A DNA stretch of 64,000 nucleotides from Pocillopora damicornis (Eukaryota): contig NW_020846072.1 in assembly GCF_003704095.1 (NCBI RefSeq), positions 62,001-126,000 on the forward strand, written 5' to 3'. The notes beneath the pieces were generated by a model, which saw only the letters and a list, made by a program, of their open reading frames with translations, ran no database searches and was not told the origin of the DNA. The position numbers and the translations under genes are program-made. Shown piece by piece: positions 14,101 to 34,568 of this stretch (the stretch's first letter is position 1; each line of letters opens with the position of its first letter).

Positions 14101-17100
14101 GCAATGGCAGTCACACCCAAATGCCCCTAGAACACCTAACTGGCATACCCAACCTGCAACCCAGCCACAAGCTCTGTGCATGTCACACTAGAGCCAGATG
14201 GCTCAATGGAAGGAAAAAAATAATGAATAGGAATAACTTAATAAACAAATAAAAATAGATAGATGAACAGATATAAAACCCTGGACAAAAATTCCTCCAG
14301 TTGGGGATGAGAACCGCTATCCTTAAAGATGACAACGCCATGCTACAGAACAGTGAACACATTGCAAATACATGGAAAGACAATGCATGCACTGATTAAA
14401 AATACCACTCTACAAAGACAGCCCCAGGGGTTCAACAACCAGATGATAGCTGCTGATGCTACAAAATGCAACAAATGCAGTAAAAATTCCAACAGAACAG
14501 CTGCAAAATGTTACTGACCAAAATTTGCCCCTAGTCTTCAACCATGTTAAATTCCTTTTAACCATATTAAATACAGTGCTCACAAAAACAATTATGCAGG
14601 TTTAAGAGTTGAGTAAAACATACTATTAAGACAATAGGCAAATGTTAAATTTAAGATTTTCTATACATTTTTAGGGCAGATGCTCCTATTGTTTCTCATC
14701 TTGGGGAGTTTCTTATGATTGAAGACATCCAAGTTATGGGGCAAGTAATCAATTTTAGTACTGTAAGGTTATCAAACATGCAAACTGTTTTTTTCGTTTC
14801 CCACATGGTTGGTTATGGTGTTAGCTTTTTTCAATTGTAACAGAAAAATCATGAACAACTTTGTGATTATGCAACCCACAATTTGCTTGGATAGCTTGTT
14901 TTGTGTTTGTTCAGGTCCTTATGTTGATTTGTTGTTGATACTGATTTGCTTATTTTGAACTTAAGTTCTGGATATCTTCATATGAAGTAGGCCACATTGT
15001 ATACTTTGTGTACATTTCCATATTTTTTTAAACCAGCTTACTTAACCTGTGTGAGCTGGCATTGGTTTGCAGTTTACTTGCAGAAGAGGGATTTTACTCA
15101 ACAATCTCATAACAACAGTGTAGCACTCCATAGTCATTAACTCTAACAACTATCTTCAGATACAAGGAAGATGGTCACTGCAAAGGTGAGCCAGAGTTTG
15201 ACCTACCCCCACCAACAAGGCTCAAGTGGGACATCCCTGAAAAGGTGTGGCACTGCATTCTTATTTCATAAACTGTTTATACTGAAAGGTAAAATGCTAA
15301 ATGTTTTGGTCATGGAAACCCCAACAAGTTTTGCTATCAAGTTTTCAAACATAGGCATGCTACATATACAAGAGTTATTTTGTTGGCTGGGTGGGTTGAG
15401 GTGGGACAAGTTGTACAATTGATGTTTTAATTTTTTATAGAAAATCTTAAGTTCCATGTGGAATTTTTCCCAGGGTTTGGATAATGTAGTTAGAAAATGT
15501 GATAAACTGCAGATTCTTTGCAAGGAAATGACACTCGATGGAACAAAGGCTAATTGTGCAAAATGGAAATTGATTGGTGGAATACAAATTAAGCTTGTGA
15601 AAACTTGCCTAGTGTTCATGTAGTGCAATGACTGGGTATGTTCTGATTGGACTTTGGATGTTGTTTTCATATCATGTGATGGAATGTAAGTTGTTTTCCA
15701 TGTACTTTGAGAGTAAAAGAGCAGAAAAAAACATGCTTAACATAAAAATGTGACAGAAAATTACCTTCCAACCTTTCTTATCCTGAGAAATCTTGACCTT
15801 ATTCTTAGAGGTTCTTGCAAAGGCCACAAACCATTACACTTACCTAATGAGCCCAAAATTTCTGGGTAATGTCATTTGTTGTGCACAGCCCCCCGATGCC
15901 ATGACATTGGCAAGAAAACAATACTTAAATGTTACAAAAAAATTACCTGCCAACCTTTCTTATCCTGAGAAATCTTGACCTTTTTCCTAGAGGTTTTTGC
16001 AAAGACCACAAACTATTACACTTACCTAATGAACCCAAAATTTCTGGTTAATGTCATTTGTTGTGCATGGGCCCCTGATTCCCTGACATTGGCAAGAAAA
16101 CAATGCCTAAATGTTACAAAAAATTACCCACCAACCTTTCTTATCCTGAGAAATCTTGACCTTATTCCTAGAGGTTCTTGCAAAGGCCACAAACTATTAC
16201 ACATACCCAATGAGCCCAAAATTTCTGGTTAATGTCATGTGTTGTGCACGGCCCCCTGATTCCATGACATTGGCAAGAAAACAATACTTAAATGCTACGA
16301 TTGATGCAAGATACATAAATGCTGTGATATGATTGATGCAAGCTACATGCCCTAATGGAGCAATCTGATTGGTGCAAGATACATATCCTAAGGCAGGGAT
16401 CTGACTGGTGTGAGCAACATGCCACTCTTCACACTATTAACTTAGATTTTTAAAAGTCAGAAAGTCTTCTGATATATCTCTTTCAAAAAGAGCAAAATGC
16501 TCTAATTATGAACATGTACTTCCATGTTGGTTATTTATCCAAGTCTGGTGTAAAATTCAGGTTCTAGCCCTCAGTTGACAATTTTCTTTTTTCATATCAC
16601 CACTGGATAATTGACAGATGAAATGTAACTTATTAGTTAAGTTACCATTCTTCTTCTAAGAATTTACTTGGTAATTGAACACAAAACAAAGAATTAAAAG
16701 GGACCCTGAGTAGTAATGACTCTGAGAACAATGTGATGGACCACCAAATGGTACTTATGGATCAACTTGCATGAGAAAGAAAAGGCATTTGAAAAGTTCC
16801 AGAGAATTTGAAGCCAGGGCAATTGGAAACTATGCCACTGCTATTGTTTTGAGCCTTTTTTCATATTCTATACACATGGTAAATTTTGGTCTTAGAAAAA
16901 TAAGACATTTTTCATTGACCATTAATTACTGGAATTAATTATAATTGGACCTTTTTTTCCTTCTACTCAGTGTGTTTCAATCATCGAGTCTTGCCAGGAG
17001 AATGCAGAAAAACTGATCAATGACCTTGACCTCCATGTCCTTGTACACACTGCTTTTGGTAAGACAATGCTCAAGATAAATTACTTGGAAATGCAGTGGC

Positions 17101-20100
17101 CTATTGGTCACTGTGTTTAGAAATGAATTAAGGTGTCTTGAATCAAGGTTTGTCTTGTGTTCTTGAGTAAGAAAGCAAACCCTTTGACTCCTAGAAGAGG
17201 GTGAATGTAAACTTCTCACAATTTCATTACCTTAGCCATTAAAAAGATAACAAGAATCAACAGATTTTTCGGCTAGGGGGTAATGACTTGATAAAACACC
17301 TAATTCTTCCAACAAATTTACAGAGGAATGTACAGCAGTTAGAAAGGGAGAATTACCTATTACATCTTCAGGTTTAATAGGTTTAAAAAAAGCTGCTGTA
17401 CAATGTTTGAACTGTTTTCTGTAGTATGCAAAATTATCTGCAACACTTGGTTGATCATCAACTATGGGTAAGATGTTGTTTAGAGCTCTTTGTCATGAGA
17501 AGTGGCTAACACTTGTAATATGTTAGCTTTCTGAATTGTCTACAGTAACTAGCTTTTCTCTTTCTAATCAATGTTTTGAATGTTCATTGATGACAACACA
17601 ACCATTTCGTTACAAACTAATCAGAACCCTTCTCATTTCAAAATAGGGGCTTGGTTGTCGATTGTTACACTTGGATTTGCATCTAGCATGAACTAAAACT
17701 GAAAAAGAAAATTACAAAGAACCAAATAGTTTTCTCATTGACATTTTTAATGTTTCAAATTTTAGGAAAGGGTGCCATTAAAAAATGCAAATTGAGGTAT
17801 GGATATCCTGTTTATATTGCAGTTGTTATAAATCACCTTTGCCTCAGACATTTTGCAGAGCAAAGGAATGGCACACAGCAACAGAGAAAAACTTTTTCTT
17901 TGCTTCTGAGACCCTTCACAGATAAACCCAGAATTCATAAAACCCATAATCCTGTAAGAACTTCTGACTCAATTGAACACAACCTAAACAGTCGTTGTTG
18001 ATGTTCTTGTAAAAGTTGGCACTGAAAAACTGGTCTTCAGATTTACTTAAAAAACGGTGGCAGTGGCTTAAAATCGTAGAATGCATAGCAGCAAAGGGTT
18101 GTCTAGTTGGGTGAAGACACTTAAGAAGACAAGTTGCTACTACTTGTTACAAGGAAAATTTGGGACAACAATGTGCTTCATGCCAATAAAACTTTGTAAA
18201 ACTTTGTTCAAATAAATCTTTGTCTCTATGGCTAAGATTTGTTTCTGCTGAGGCACAAATTCAAACTGGTTTGAATTTCGAATTGAAAATTTCATGCACA
18301 AGAGATGTTGCAAAATCAATCTAGTATTTAAAGTTGCAACATTTATATTAAGGGCAAAGTGTTTCCATCACACATAGTGACTGGTATATACATGTACCAA
18401 GGAGTAGGAAATTAATCATTTTCAAAAATTTTGCTTGTGCTTTTGTCCTCTTCCACAGCCCAGATGCTTTTATTCAGATGGGTCTTCAGCTGGCCTACTT
18501 CAAGGTTTGTCTTTGCCAAATATGACTTTCACCTTCCTCTATATTCATTTAAATTTCGTAGAGGTACAGGGTGTACTCTTTAGCAGTTAAATATCGAGTT
18601 CTTCGGGAACGCAATTCATAAAAATGGATTTTGTTGTCGCTGTACCTTAAAGTATTCTTCAGATTAGAAAAAAGGAAAGTTAAAGGGAGCAGGAAAATTA
18701 CTAAAACAATCTTAAAGAAACCAGAATTTTCTCTAAGTTATGTTAGAAAGGGGCCTCTTTTTGTTGAGGGGACGTGCATTTAACATGTTATGAAAATGTT
18801 TCATTGTTTTCAGGATCAACAATCTTTCAGTTTAACTTATGAATCCTCCATGACAAGACTTTTCAGGTAACAGGTCATTTCCTTCTTAGTCCTCAATATT
18901 TGCTCGTTGTTATTACGGTATATAACTGGGAGGTACCCCCAGTGATGGTAACTAGGGCCGTATTTTACCCTTACCAAAGCGGATGCAAGCTGAAACCAAT
19001 CTCTGTGATCCAGCCGCGCTTGATTTCTGTTACGTGTAAGTACTTTAAGGTCTCACTGGCTCCATATGATGTAACCTTTACTCCGATCGGTTGAGGAAAT
19101 TACTTTGGTTTTGCGTTCTTTAAGAGTCCCTTGGTTCCCTTGACTTTGGTTTTGACTGACATAGTCAGTATGATCAGTCAACCCTTTAACTCCCAGAAGT
19201 GATTAACATGAAACTTCTCCGTATAATATCCATTCGTTAATCAGCAAATAGGTAATGAGAATATTCAGACCTATTAGGTGGAAGCTGCTATCTTGATCTA
19301 GCAGCAAGTTCTCATAACTAATTTACAAGGAAATGTGTAGCAGCTAGAGGGGAGAGTTAACAATCAGATTTTGGGAGTTAAAGGATCAACGTAACTAATT
19401 CTCAGCCCCCTCCCTCCCCCAATTTCACTGATTTTATCTTTTGCTACTTTCAGAGAGGGCCGCACTGAAACAGTCAGACCCTGTACCACTGAGTCTTGTG
19501 CTTTTGTCAGGGCAATGCTTGACCCCTCTTCTAAGGTGGGTGTTTTTTTTTTGGTTGTTGTTGTTATTTTTTCACTTTTAACTCGCGAAAGTTACTAACA
19601 TGTAACTTTTCTTCACACTTTCCACTTATAGAACCAGACGGTTTTCTCTTGATTTAAAACCAAATTCTTTAAACTACGTTACAAAGGTGAATTGTATGAA
19701 TTCACCTATATTAGCTTCGCATGCGCAATCAGGTTAGGCTCCAACAGAATGAACCATCTGGCTCATAACTGGCTGGCTTAAAATGTTCGTGCTATCATTC
19801 GGTGGACTGTTTAAACTCGTCAAATTTCTTTAATTCTTAATTTATCAGCCTGGGATACAAACAATTAAAGTGATATGTGCTTCTCATTTGTTATAGAAAT
19901 CTGAGAGGAGAGAGCTACTTGAGAAAGCCGCGGAACTTCATGTCGATGGTTTCAGAAAGGCTATGTCTGGAGCAGGTGAAAAAAAAAAAGTTACAGATTT
20001 TCAACCCCCTTAAAATTGTCCTCTGCAGGCTGTAAACTTAATATGACAACTAGCCATGTAGCCATTTTTTACGAAACCTTGAAATAGGCAAAAAAATTTT

Positions 20101-22449
20101 GATGCTAGCGGGACTCCAGACGCGACCCTTTACGTAACATTATGAACAGACGACTCTGTATGCATAAAAATCAAATCAGTGTAAAATGTTATGGAAGTAA
20201 ATTTTTTGTTCTCAATAGGTGTCGACCGTCATTTATTTGGCTTGTATGTTGTATCCAAGTACTTAGAAGAGGACTCGCCGTTTCTGAAGGAGGTTAGTTT
20301 CTTTGATTTTTAAGGAGTCTATTGCCGAATTGTTGAGCGTCCAAAAAGATTTGGGATTTTTTTTAGCTTTTCTGTATTTCGTTCTGTGATTGGTCTAGAA
20401 AACTTGTTGTACCGTCTGACCACTGGAAACTGCAAATCTTAAAGCGCATATTTTTTTCCTGCGCTCAAGACAGTCTGCTAATTTTAATCTAGTTCGTGTT
20501 TGCTCCTTTGATGCTTTCTTTTGTTTTGGATTCACAATAGTTTTTGCTATTATGGCGCTCAATCAAAATGCACTTTGTACACCGTGTGGACATTCGCAGT
20601 AATGTCTGTAATTTTTTACTCTTGCAGGCTCTCAAAGAACCATGGAAACTGTCCACAAGCCAAGTAAGTACAGCTGTATGTAATGAAATCTTAAATGAAG
20701 CATGGTGAAGCATAGTGTGTATATGACTGCTTGACTTCCAGAACCAGCCTACTCTAGGCAGTCAGTTTGTTGATGAAGGGGGTGATAAAGAGGAACTAGG
20801 AATAGAAAAGAACGAGGGGGCGTTGGGGGGGGGATTAAAAACCTAATACACTGGGCCGATATTCTCTCACGCGATCGTTTGTTTGTTTCCATTTAACAAG
20901 AACTTGGCACAGGCTCTCCAGAACAAGTGTCACGTATGAAGAAAAAAAGATTATTAGATTGTAGGTCGAAGATTTATCGTCGGTGCCATTTTTAACTCGT
21001 TTCCCCTTCGTACCACATGTAGAATAGCGAGCGAAATGTTTTTGTTGTTGTTGTTGTTGTTGTTTTTAATTTGATTACGTGATGTGCTGTTTGTATTGAA
21101 ATGCTCTTCGCATTTCAGACTGCAACCCAGCAAACAAATAGAGGAAACTACATCAAGTATCCAGGAATGAAAACGGCTGGAGGAGGGTTTGGACCTGTAA
21201 GATAACTTTCTATTTCGTTAAGCTATCCTTTCTCAAGAAATCATAGGGTACTTCGCTGGCTAGTCTTGCAAAATTTGGTTCTACATCAAAATCACATATC
21301 CTGGTTAGTAGACAAATTGATTCATGCGTTTTTGAGAGGGCTACTCCTTCAGTTACTCTTTCTCTCTATTATCAATCAAACAGCCATGAAGATCAAAAGA
21401 TTTCCTGTAAATGGTGGTGTCCTAAATTCTCGTTACGAAAGCCTGTCTTCTTCACTTTGTTTTAGAATTAGTAAAGGAGTTTGCACATTAAGTTAAAGGC
21501 TCAGAGTGGGTTTCTTTTAGGTGTAGCTGTCGCAAACTGTTTTCTACCTATTCTTATTTAGTTATTTATCTGTTTGCTTTATTTTTAATTGTATTCTTTT
21601 TGGGAGGGCTGTTGAATCTGATATTTCACAAACTTGCAAACCTTATCTCGTTCGATAGGTTCAGATCGGTTCTTTGATTGTAAAGTTTTGTTTTAGTTTC
21701 ACCGGTCACTACCGAATTACAAATTGAATATCACCTCAGATGACAAGTGTTGTTATCTTTTATCAGGTCGCTGATGATGGTTACGGAGTATCGTACATTA
21801 TTGGTGGTGAAGATGTTATCTTCTATCATGTCACATGCAAGGTTTCGTCCCAGCTCACTGTAAGTATTTCAATTGTCTGTGCTTGGTCAGTTCGGACAGA
21901 AAGATATTTTTCGTCTTGACACGAGCGTGAGACAGCGGAAAGATTCTGAGGAGTCAAACCTAAGAGGTACAGATTCCACACGCTAACGCTCTACCACTGA
22001 GCTACAGATACTTTCTATGCTGAGGGAGGTCATTACACTTTGCTAGCTTCATACGTGACATGGCTGGTCTTACGTCCAGTCGAAAGCGTCATTTGTTTAA
22101 ATCGAGTAAGAGAGATGGTTAATTCTGAGTCGGTAATAAGATACGTCCTGTCGCGACTTAGAAAAAAATTCTGACTCCCATATTCAATTCTTGTTATTGC
22201 AGAATTCCCCTTGGGCAGTTTTATGTAGTTCTGGCACGATTGATGTTAGTAAGGGTGGGTCGCAAGTGTTCCAAAGTCAGTTTTTCTCTGGAAGTTCCTC
22301 TCGAAGTTCGAACTAAACTGTTTTACTGCACTTAAACTTCTTTTCATTTTTAAATACTTTCTCGCGTTCTTTCCTCACAGGATTGCAAACGATTTTGTGC
22401 AACTATCAGGGAGAGCATGGCAGAAATGAAAGCTTTGTACGATGACTAA
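5148..22449 (+). CDS. CPT1: Carnitine O-palmitoyltransferase 1 (CPT1A-like), 28 coding exons, 764 aa
   Basis: Exons: 5148-5425, 7866-8009, 8109-8139, 8237-8338, 8431-8505, 8995-9057, 9549-9626, 10093-10197, 10887-10971, 11280-11394, 11970-12050, 12171-12246, 12684-12731, 12911-13018, 13802-13827, 14675-14740, 15160-15244, 16971-17058, 17766-17796, 18459-18504, 18814-18866, 19454-19535, 19897-19975, 20219-20292, 20628-20663, 21119-21196, 21767-21859, 22381-22449. Total 2295 nt, phases consistent. Motifs: MAEAxxxVAFQF N-terminus, two TM segments, [21 protein letters not shown], catalytic [72 protein letters not shown]. Confidence 0.97.
6141..6336. repeat. ~101-bp tandem duplication in CPT1 intron 1
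   Basis: aaccag...ttctgctaactctgtatgcataattac...gttaagttgat(a/t)agcgaaaag at 6141-6235 and 6242-6336, with a few substitutions. Confidence 0.9.
7429..7634. mobile_element. ~200-bp piggyBac-like MITE (degenerate)
   Basis: ttaacc... start and ...agggttga end. Internal gacaaagagaatttgtttaacaatcaagagctt occurs inverted in the copy at 45139-45340 and degenerate at ~28697-28880. Confidence 0.55.
10513..10660. mobile_element. Short palindromic MITE-like element
   Basis: ccccttgttcaaagtttggataa... and ...ttatctcccttttatacaactgggcc form imperfect terminal inverted repeats, with internal GGATAA repeats. Confidence 0.5.
15747..16297. repeat. Tandem repeat, ~182-bp unit x3, in CPT1 intron 17
   Basis: tcctgagaaatcttgacc recurs at 15781, 15963 and 16144. 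Followed by degenerate ~37-bp gattg(a/g)tgcaag units to ~16420. Confidence 0.93.
19178..19389. mobile_element. ~210-bp piggyBac-like MITE
   Basis: Terminal inverted repeats tcaaccctttaactccca ... tgggagttaaaggatcaa, resembling TTAA|CCC...GGG|TTAA. Related degenerate copies at ~17177-17387 and ~42225-42398 (ends aaagggttaa). Confidence 0.7.
21900..22150 (-). mobile_element. tRNA-derived SINE-like repeat in the last CPT1 intron
   Basis: Minus strand reads ctgtagctcagtggtagagcgttagcgtgtggaatc...aggtttgactc (A box TAGCTCAGTGG plus decayed B box), with no acceptor stem. A more decayed relative lies on + at ~49795-49900. Confidence 0.65.
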
Positions 22450-23134
22450 ACCCGCAAAATCCATTAACATGAGGTTCAGATCAGTTTCTTTGGATGCTTT
22501 CGTACCAAGCCGAGGGACTTTTCTGACTAGCTTTCGCTCTTTTTGAGTTTCCTATGTTCAGCTGACACACCTAGCCCTCCCATCCCTACAAGAAATAGGA
22601 TGCTTCCCCCCCCCCCCTTCCAAATTGGCTACCTCAGCTGGCACTTTATAGTTTCAACACAACATAAAAACCTCCGGAATATGTAAGGAATTACTGACCA
22701 AAATATGAGCGATTCAAATTTTCCCCTCCTCCCCCGAAAAAAAAAAAGAGAGAGAGAGTAGAAAATGTGTTAGTTTGATATAGGATATTCAGACAAGAGT
22801 TTATATAAAGTAAGTAGGAGTAAATTTATTGCATGGGAATTCGAGGTTGCACATATTTTCATTATTAACGGGAGCGAAACGCGAGATGCTTTTTCAGCTT
22901 CATTTGGTATCGGAGAATTTCACCTAATATTTTTAACAATACTTGGATATTTAATACTGTTTCACTAGTATCTGTAAAAGTTTGCAGAGTAAAAATGTAA
23001 ACTATCCCACAGAATAGATTTTCATTCATGTGACAAGCGGCCATTTTTGTTTCCTCAAACGAAAGAGAATTTACAACGCATGGCCGATGTGAGGTCACGT
23101 GATAACGACAGAAAGCCTTGTCTCTCTGTGTCGT

Positions 23135-23416
23135 TAAAAGCCTGGTCAAACGCACGCACCATTTCAACAGAAAACATCTTACAACACTTTTGGATCGTGT
23201 TGTGAGATGCTGTGAAGGAGATGGCCAAACGCGCGCAACAGCTTACAACATCCAAAAATGTCGCAACACAAATATGGCCGTTTTCCACCTGATCCAACCC
23301 TATCCAACATCTTTCAACATGTAGCAATATGTTGCCACAGGGTGTCCAAACGTGTCTAACACGTTGTTTTCTACAATGTTGCGTTGAAATGTTGCGTTCG
23401 TTAGGCCGGGCCTTTA
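23135..23416. mobile_element. PIF/Harbinger-like MITE
   Basis: ~35-bp imperfect TIRs: taaaagcctggtcaaacgcacgcaccatttcaac and gttgaaatgttgcgttcgttaggccgggccttta. TAA/TTA flanks, internal caaca/tgttg repeats, no coding capacity. Confidence 0.75.
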
Positions 23417-26400
23417 CACAACGTATCTACCTGTTTCGTTGCGTGACGCTTCAGTTCTTCTCGTTGCGTTATATTACAACCTAAATAGTTTTAGTCAAAC
23501 CGACAACTTTAGGTAAGAATTCCATAAATTATTCTAGCAACAGCCATAAGATCTTTTGAATATGTTTTAGGTTAAGTTAACATAATAGTATGTTATAATG
23601 CATGGTAGTTTAGAGTGATTTTGACGTTTATAACAAATGAGTAGACTTAGTTTTAAAGGATACAGTTTAAATAGTTTCATGAATGAAACAAAGTCAAATC
23701 GAAATTTAAGAATAGTTAAGTGCCAGACATTGTGTTACGCAGTGAAATTATATGCAATAAGAGCTAAATTGAAGAAATGACGTGGGCGAGAAGGGAGCGC
23801 ACCAGGAAATGTGGAAAGAAAGTCTAGGAAATGCAGTTGAAGGTTAGAGCCGCGTACGGATGCGATTGCCACGCCGAAGCTAGGAGAAGACACTTTGATG
23901 CGTTATAGTGCAAGAAGAGACCGAAGAGTTTTTCGAGCTCACAGCTTATGGGTGGCTCTCCTTCCAAACGTAATGCGTAGTAGAGGTGAACATAAATTTG
24001 CAGAGATAGATTCCGGTGCCCCATGAACGCCGCTTTGGTACTTACTTTTTTCTTATTTCCCTTTTTTTTTTCGTTTGGCAATGCTACTGGCACGCACATT
24101 ATATTAGATTAACATGGGAAAGGGGGATTGCTCGTATTGCGCATTGCAGTGGATAGCAAGTTTCTCGGTAGTTTTGTGAACTTAAAAAAGCTCAACGGCT
24201 AAACGTAAAATTTTAAAGTAATTTAAGAGTGAGGTTTTAGTGTTAGTGTGAAGAATATTTCCTTAATAAAATCTTATGATTAAGATAGGACTTAACTAAT
24301 GACCGCTTTCTCGATTCCGAGCTTAGGTCTACACTGAGAAAATTCTTTGGAAAACGATTGCGTTAAATTTCGAATTCTTCACTTCTTCTTTGTATTCAGT
24401 TTCCTTGCTCGGATCACCAGACAGAACTAGACGATCAAGTGTTCCAAGTAGTTGGAAGCAGTCGCCGAATAATATTTTAAGAGGTTGAATTAAGAGGCAA
24501 CAAGCAGTCCCAGCGCATTTCAGCTTTCAACACCAATATGCTGTTATACTTAGGGGGACGAACTTGCACTAGGGCGAAACCACCATAAACCGTTCTATCA
24601 AGGCAAGATCTAGAGGGATTTATGGAGGTTTTGTCCCGTTGCAAGTTCGCTCCTACCACCTTTGCGAGTTTGCCTTCAGTAGTAAAGCAAGTTCGCCCCC
24701 TACTTGAACTCGTTTCCCAACAGCAGAACAAATTCATTTTCCATCGAAGTCATGCTGTATTTTGATCCATCAGTTAGTCTTGGTGGTACCAAGTATTATT
24801 AAGGCGCGATACCCGCACGAGATGAAAAACTATGAGACGACTAGAGCTAGGAATTCTTCAACAGCCTTCGTAACGATTCCTTGTTTGTGGTTAGACAAAA
24901 GTTATCCTTGCAAATGTATCTTTGAAATTTAGAGTGATCAGTGCATCATGAAACTTCGCGGAAATCTTTTTCCTTTGAAGGGAGAGCATTTTTCCGTTTT
25001 TATTGATATAGATCCAAAGAAAAAATCTTTCAGTTCTATAAAAAGCGGGAAACATCTCAAAATAATTTCATGGTGGCATCCACCGACGCTTAATTTAAAT
25101 CAAAACTTTGTCAAGTAGAAGTATCTCAGTAGATGTGATCTGCTCATCATGGAAGCCGTGACGAAATTTTTTCATTGAAAAGAGAGCATTTTACTGTTTG
25201 AATCGGCGACTTGGGCCGAAATAACTGAGCGAGCAAGCTGCTAAATACGATACCTTGAGTTATTCAATAGGATGATAGAACGGAGGAAAGGTAGATCGAT
25301 GGAATGACGGAAGGAAGCTATAGAGATCATGAGACGCGGAAAGACTGAATATCCTAAAACGCGGAATGCTCTATTATATGAAAAGAAATTCTCAAAAAGT
25401 GAAATTGTAATAAAATGATAACATTATTTATAATTAACAGGTGAAATCAAAAGAAGCATAGGTGATCATTATTAGAACTCAGAGGATTGTGGAACCATGA
25501 GGCTTTTAATTTGAGCTAGCCCCTTAAAAATATTGTCATACAGCTATTATTATCACTACAATTGTTGTTAATATTATTATTTGTTACCATTTAACTTTTG
25601 GTTGAATATCAGTTATACAATATATTCTTGAATCATCTTTCTCATGTGGAACATGGACAGGGTACTCATAAATATGTGGGATGAAGTAGGTTTTCTGTTT
25701 TGCATATGAGACAAATATTGTGCAACGCTGCCTTCTAACGTCATTATACAACCTCTATTTATTTTCAAGGCTAAAAAAATTGTATCATACCAGTAGCCAC
25801 ATACAGTCTTTGACTACAGTCTTTGACTATATCCCTCATTTGAAGTGGGACTTCGACTAGGACTAGTGCCTCGCGGCGAAACTTTGTTTGGTACTCTTGG
25901 TACCAGGACTCTTCGTCCTGTTACTCATTCGCCTTCTGTCAAAGTTTACCAAAGTTTGAGGGCTTCTCTATGAATTTGTTTCCAGGTTTACAGAAAATTT
26001 TATGCAGAAAACTTAAGGAGAGGTAGGAGAAATGAAACACACCAGTTTTCTCTTCTCCCTGAAGTCGGAACTTTGTCAAGGTAGGTAAGATCACGACGAC
26101 AATTTTTTTCGGAAAGTTCTTGAAATGATTCAACACTCGACATCTGTAGTATCATCTATTTTAGTGCGAGCCGATAAGCGTCCCTGGTTTATTTTGTTTG
26201 ATACCTCGAACTGTTTGTACAAATCCTCTAATGAGTAAAAGCAAGTACTGGTTTCTATAATTGGAGGGTAGGCGCAGCGCTAGTTATTTCGAAAGATTCT
26301 TCTTACCTTCCTTTGCATTCACTTCTTGTCCCGGTGCGGCCATTAGCTTGCTCAATCAAACTCTTTCACTAGTGATTTCTGTGACATGACCTCGGCCGAT

Positions 26401-26914
26401 ATTGTGTAAACTAATCGCAACTAAATTCCTCGGCCTAAGCAGTATAGCTCTCTTGATTATGCACTTGAAATCTTAGAGAAGACTTTGTTTTATGCGCTCT
26501 GGAGGCTGGAGGGTTTCTGTCACCCGTTGAGTCGCGTAAATTGTATCCTATGTTGAAGTCGGCAATATTACTAGATGTAAATTTCCACTTATTGAAGCAA
26601 CTCATTAGCTGCATGTAATCGCTTCTGAAAACATTGAATTTCGAAGTCTTATCAAGGTCTATCAGGTTGAGTATTACGTTTATTGAGGTGCTCTTGTCGC
26701 TAGATATTTTAATTTGTGCGAGACCCAATATTGAATAGTTTTTCACAGCTTGGAGTAAAAGTCGCTCGCATATCAACATTCATCCTTGTAAAGTTAATTA
26801 TGCATTTGAAATAAACTCCAGTTTATGTCTATATAATTTCCCTCTGGTGGTTTCATTACTAAATTATTTTCTTTCCGTAATCCGCAGGTAAAAAAACGCA
26901 TCGTGATGAGGTAA

Positions 26915-34568
<7,654 letters not shown>

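Noticed and set aside
15793-16232. Two similar ORFs (61 and 85 aa)
   Set aside because: Translations of the 182-bp tandem repeat, with non-ATG starts and frameshifts between copies.
21945-22010. tRNA gene on the minus strand
   Set aside because: A box present, but the B box is decayed and no acceptor stem or cloverleaf forms; it is embedded in a dispersed repeat.
23824-26779. Minus-strand ORFs (91, 86 and 114 aa) between CPT1 and STK33 as a hidden gene
   Set aside because: No recognisable domain and no consistent exon chain; an antisense lncRNA or decayed element cannot be excluded.
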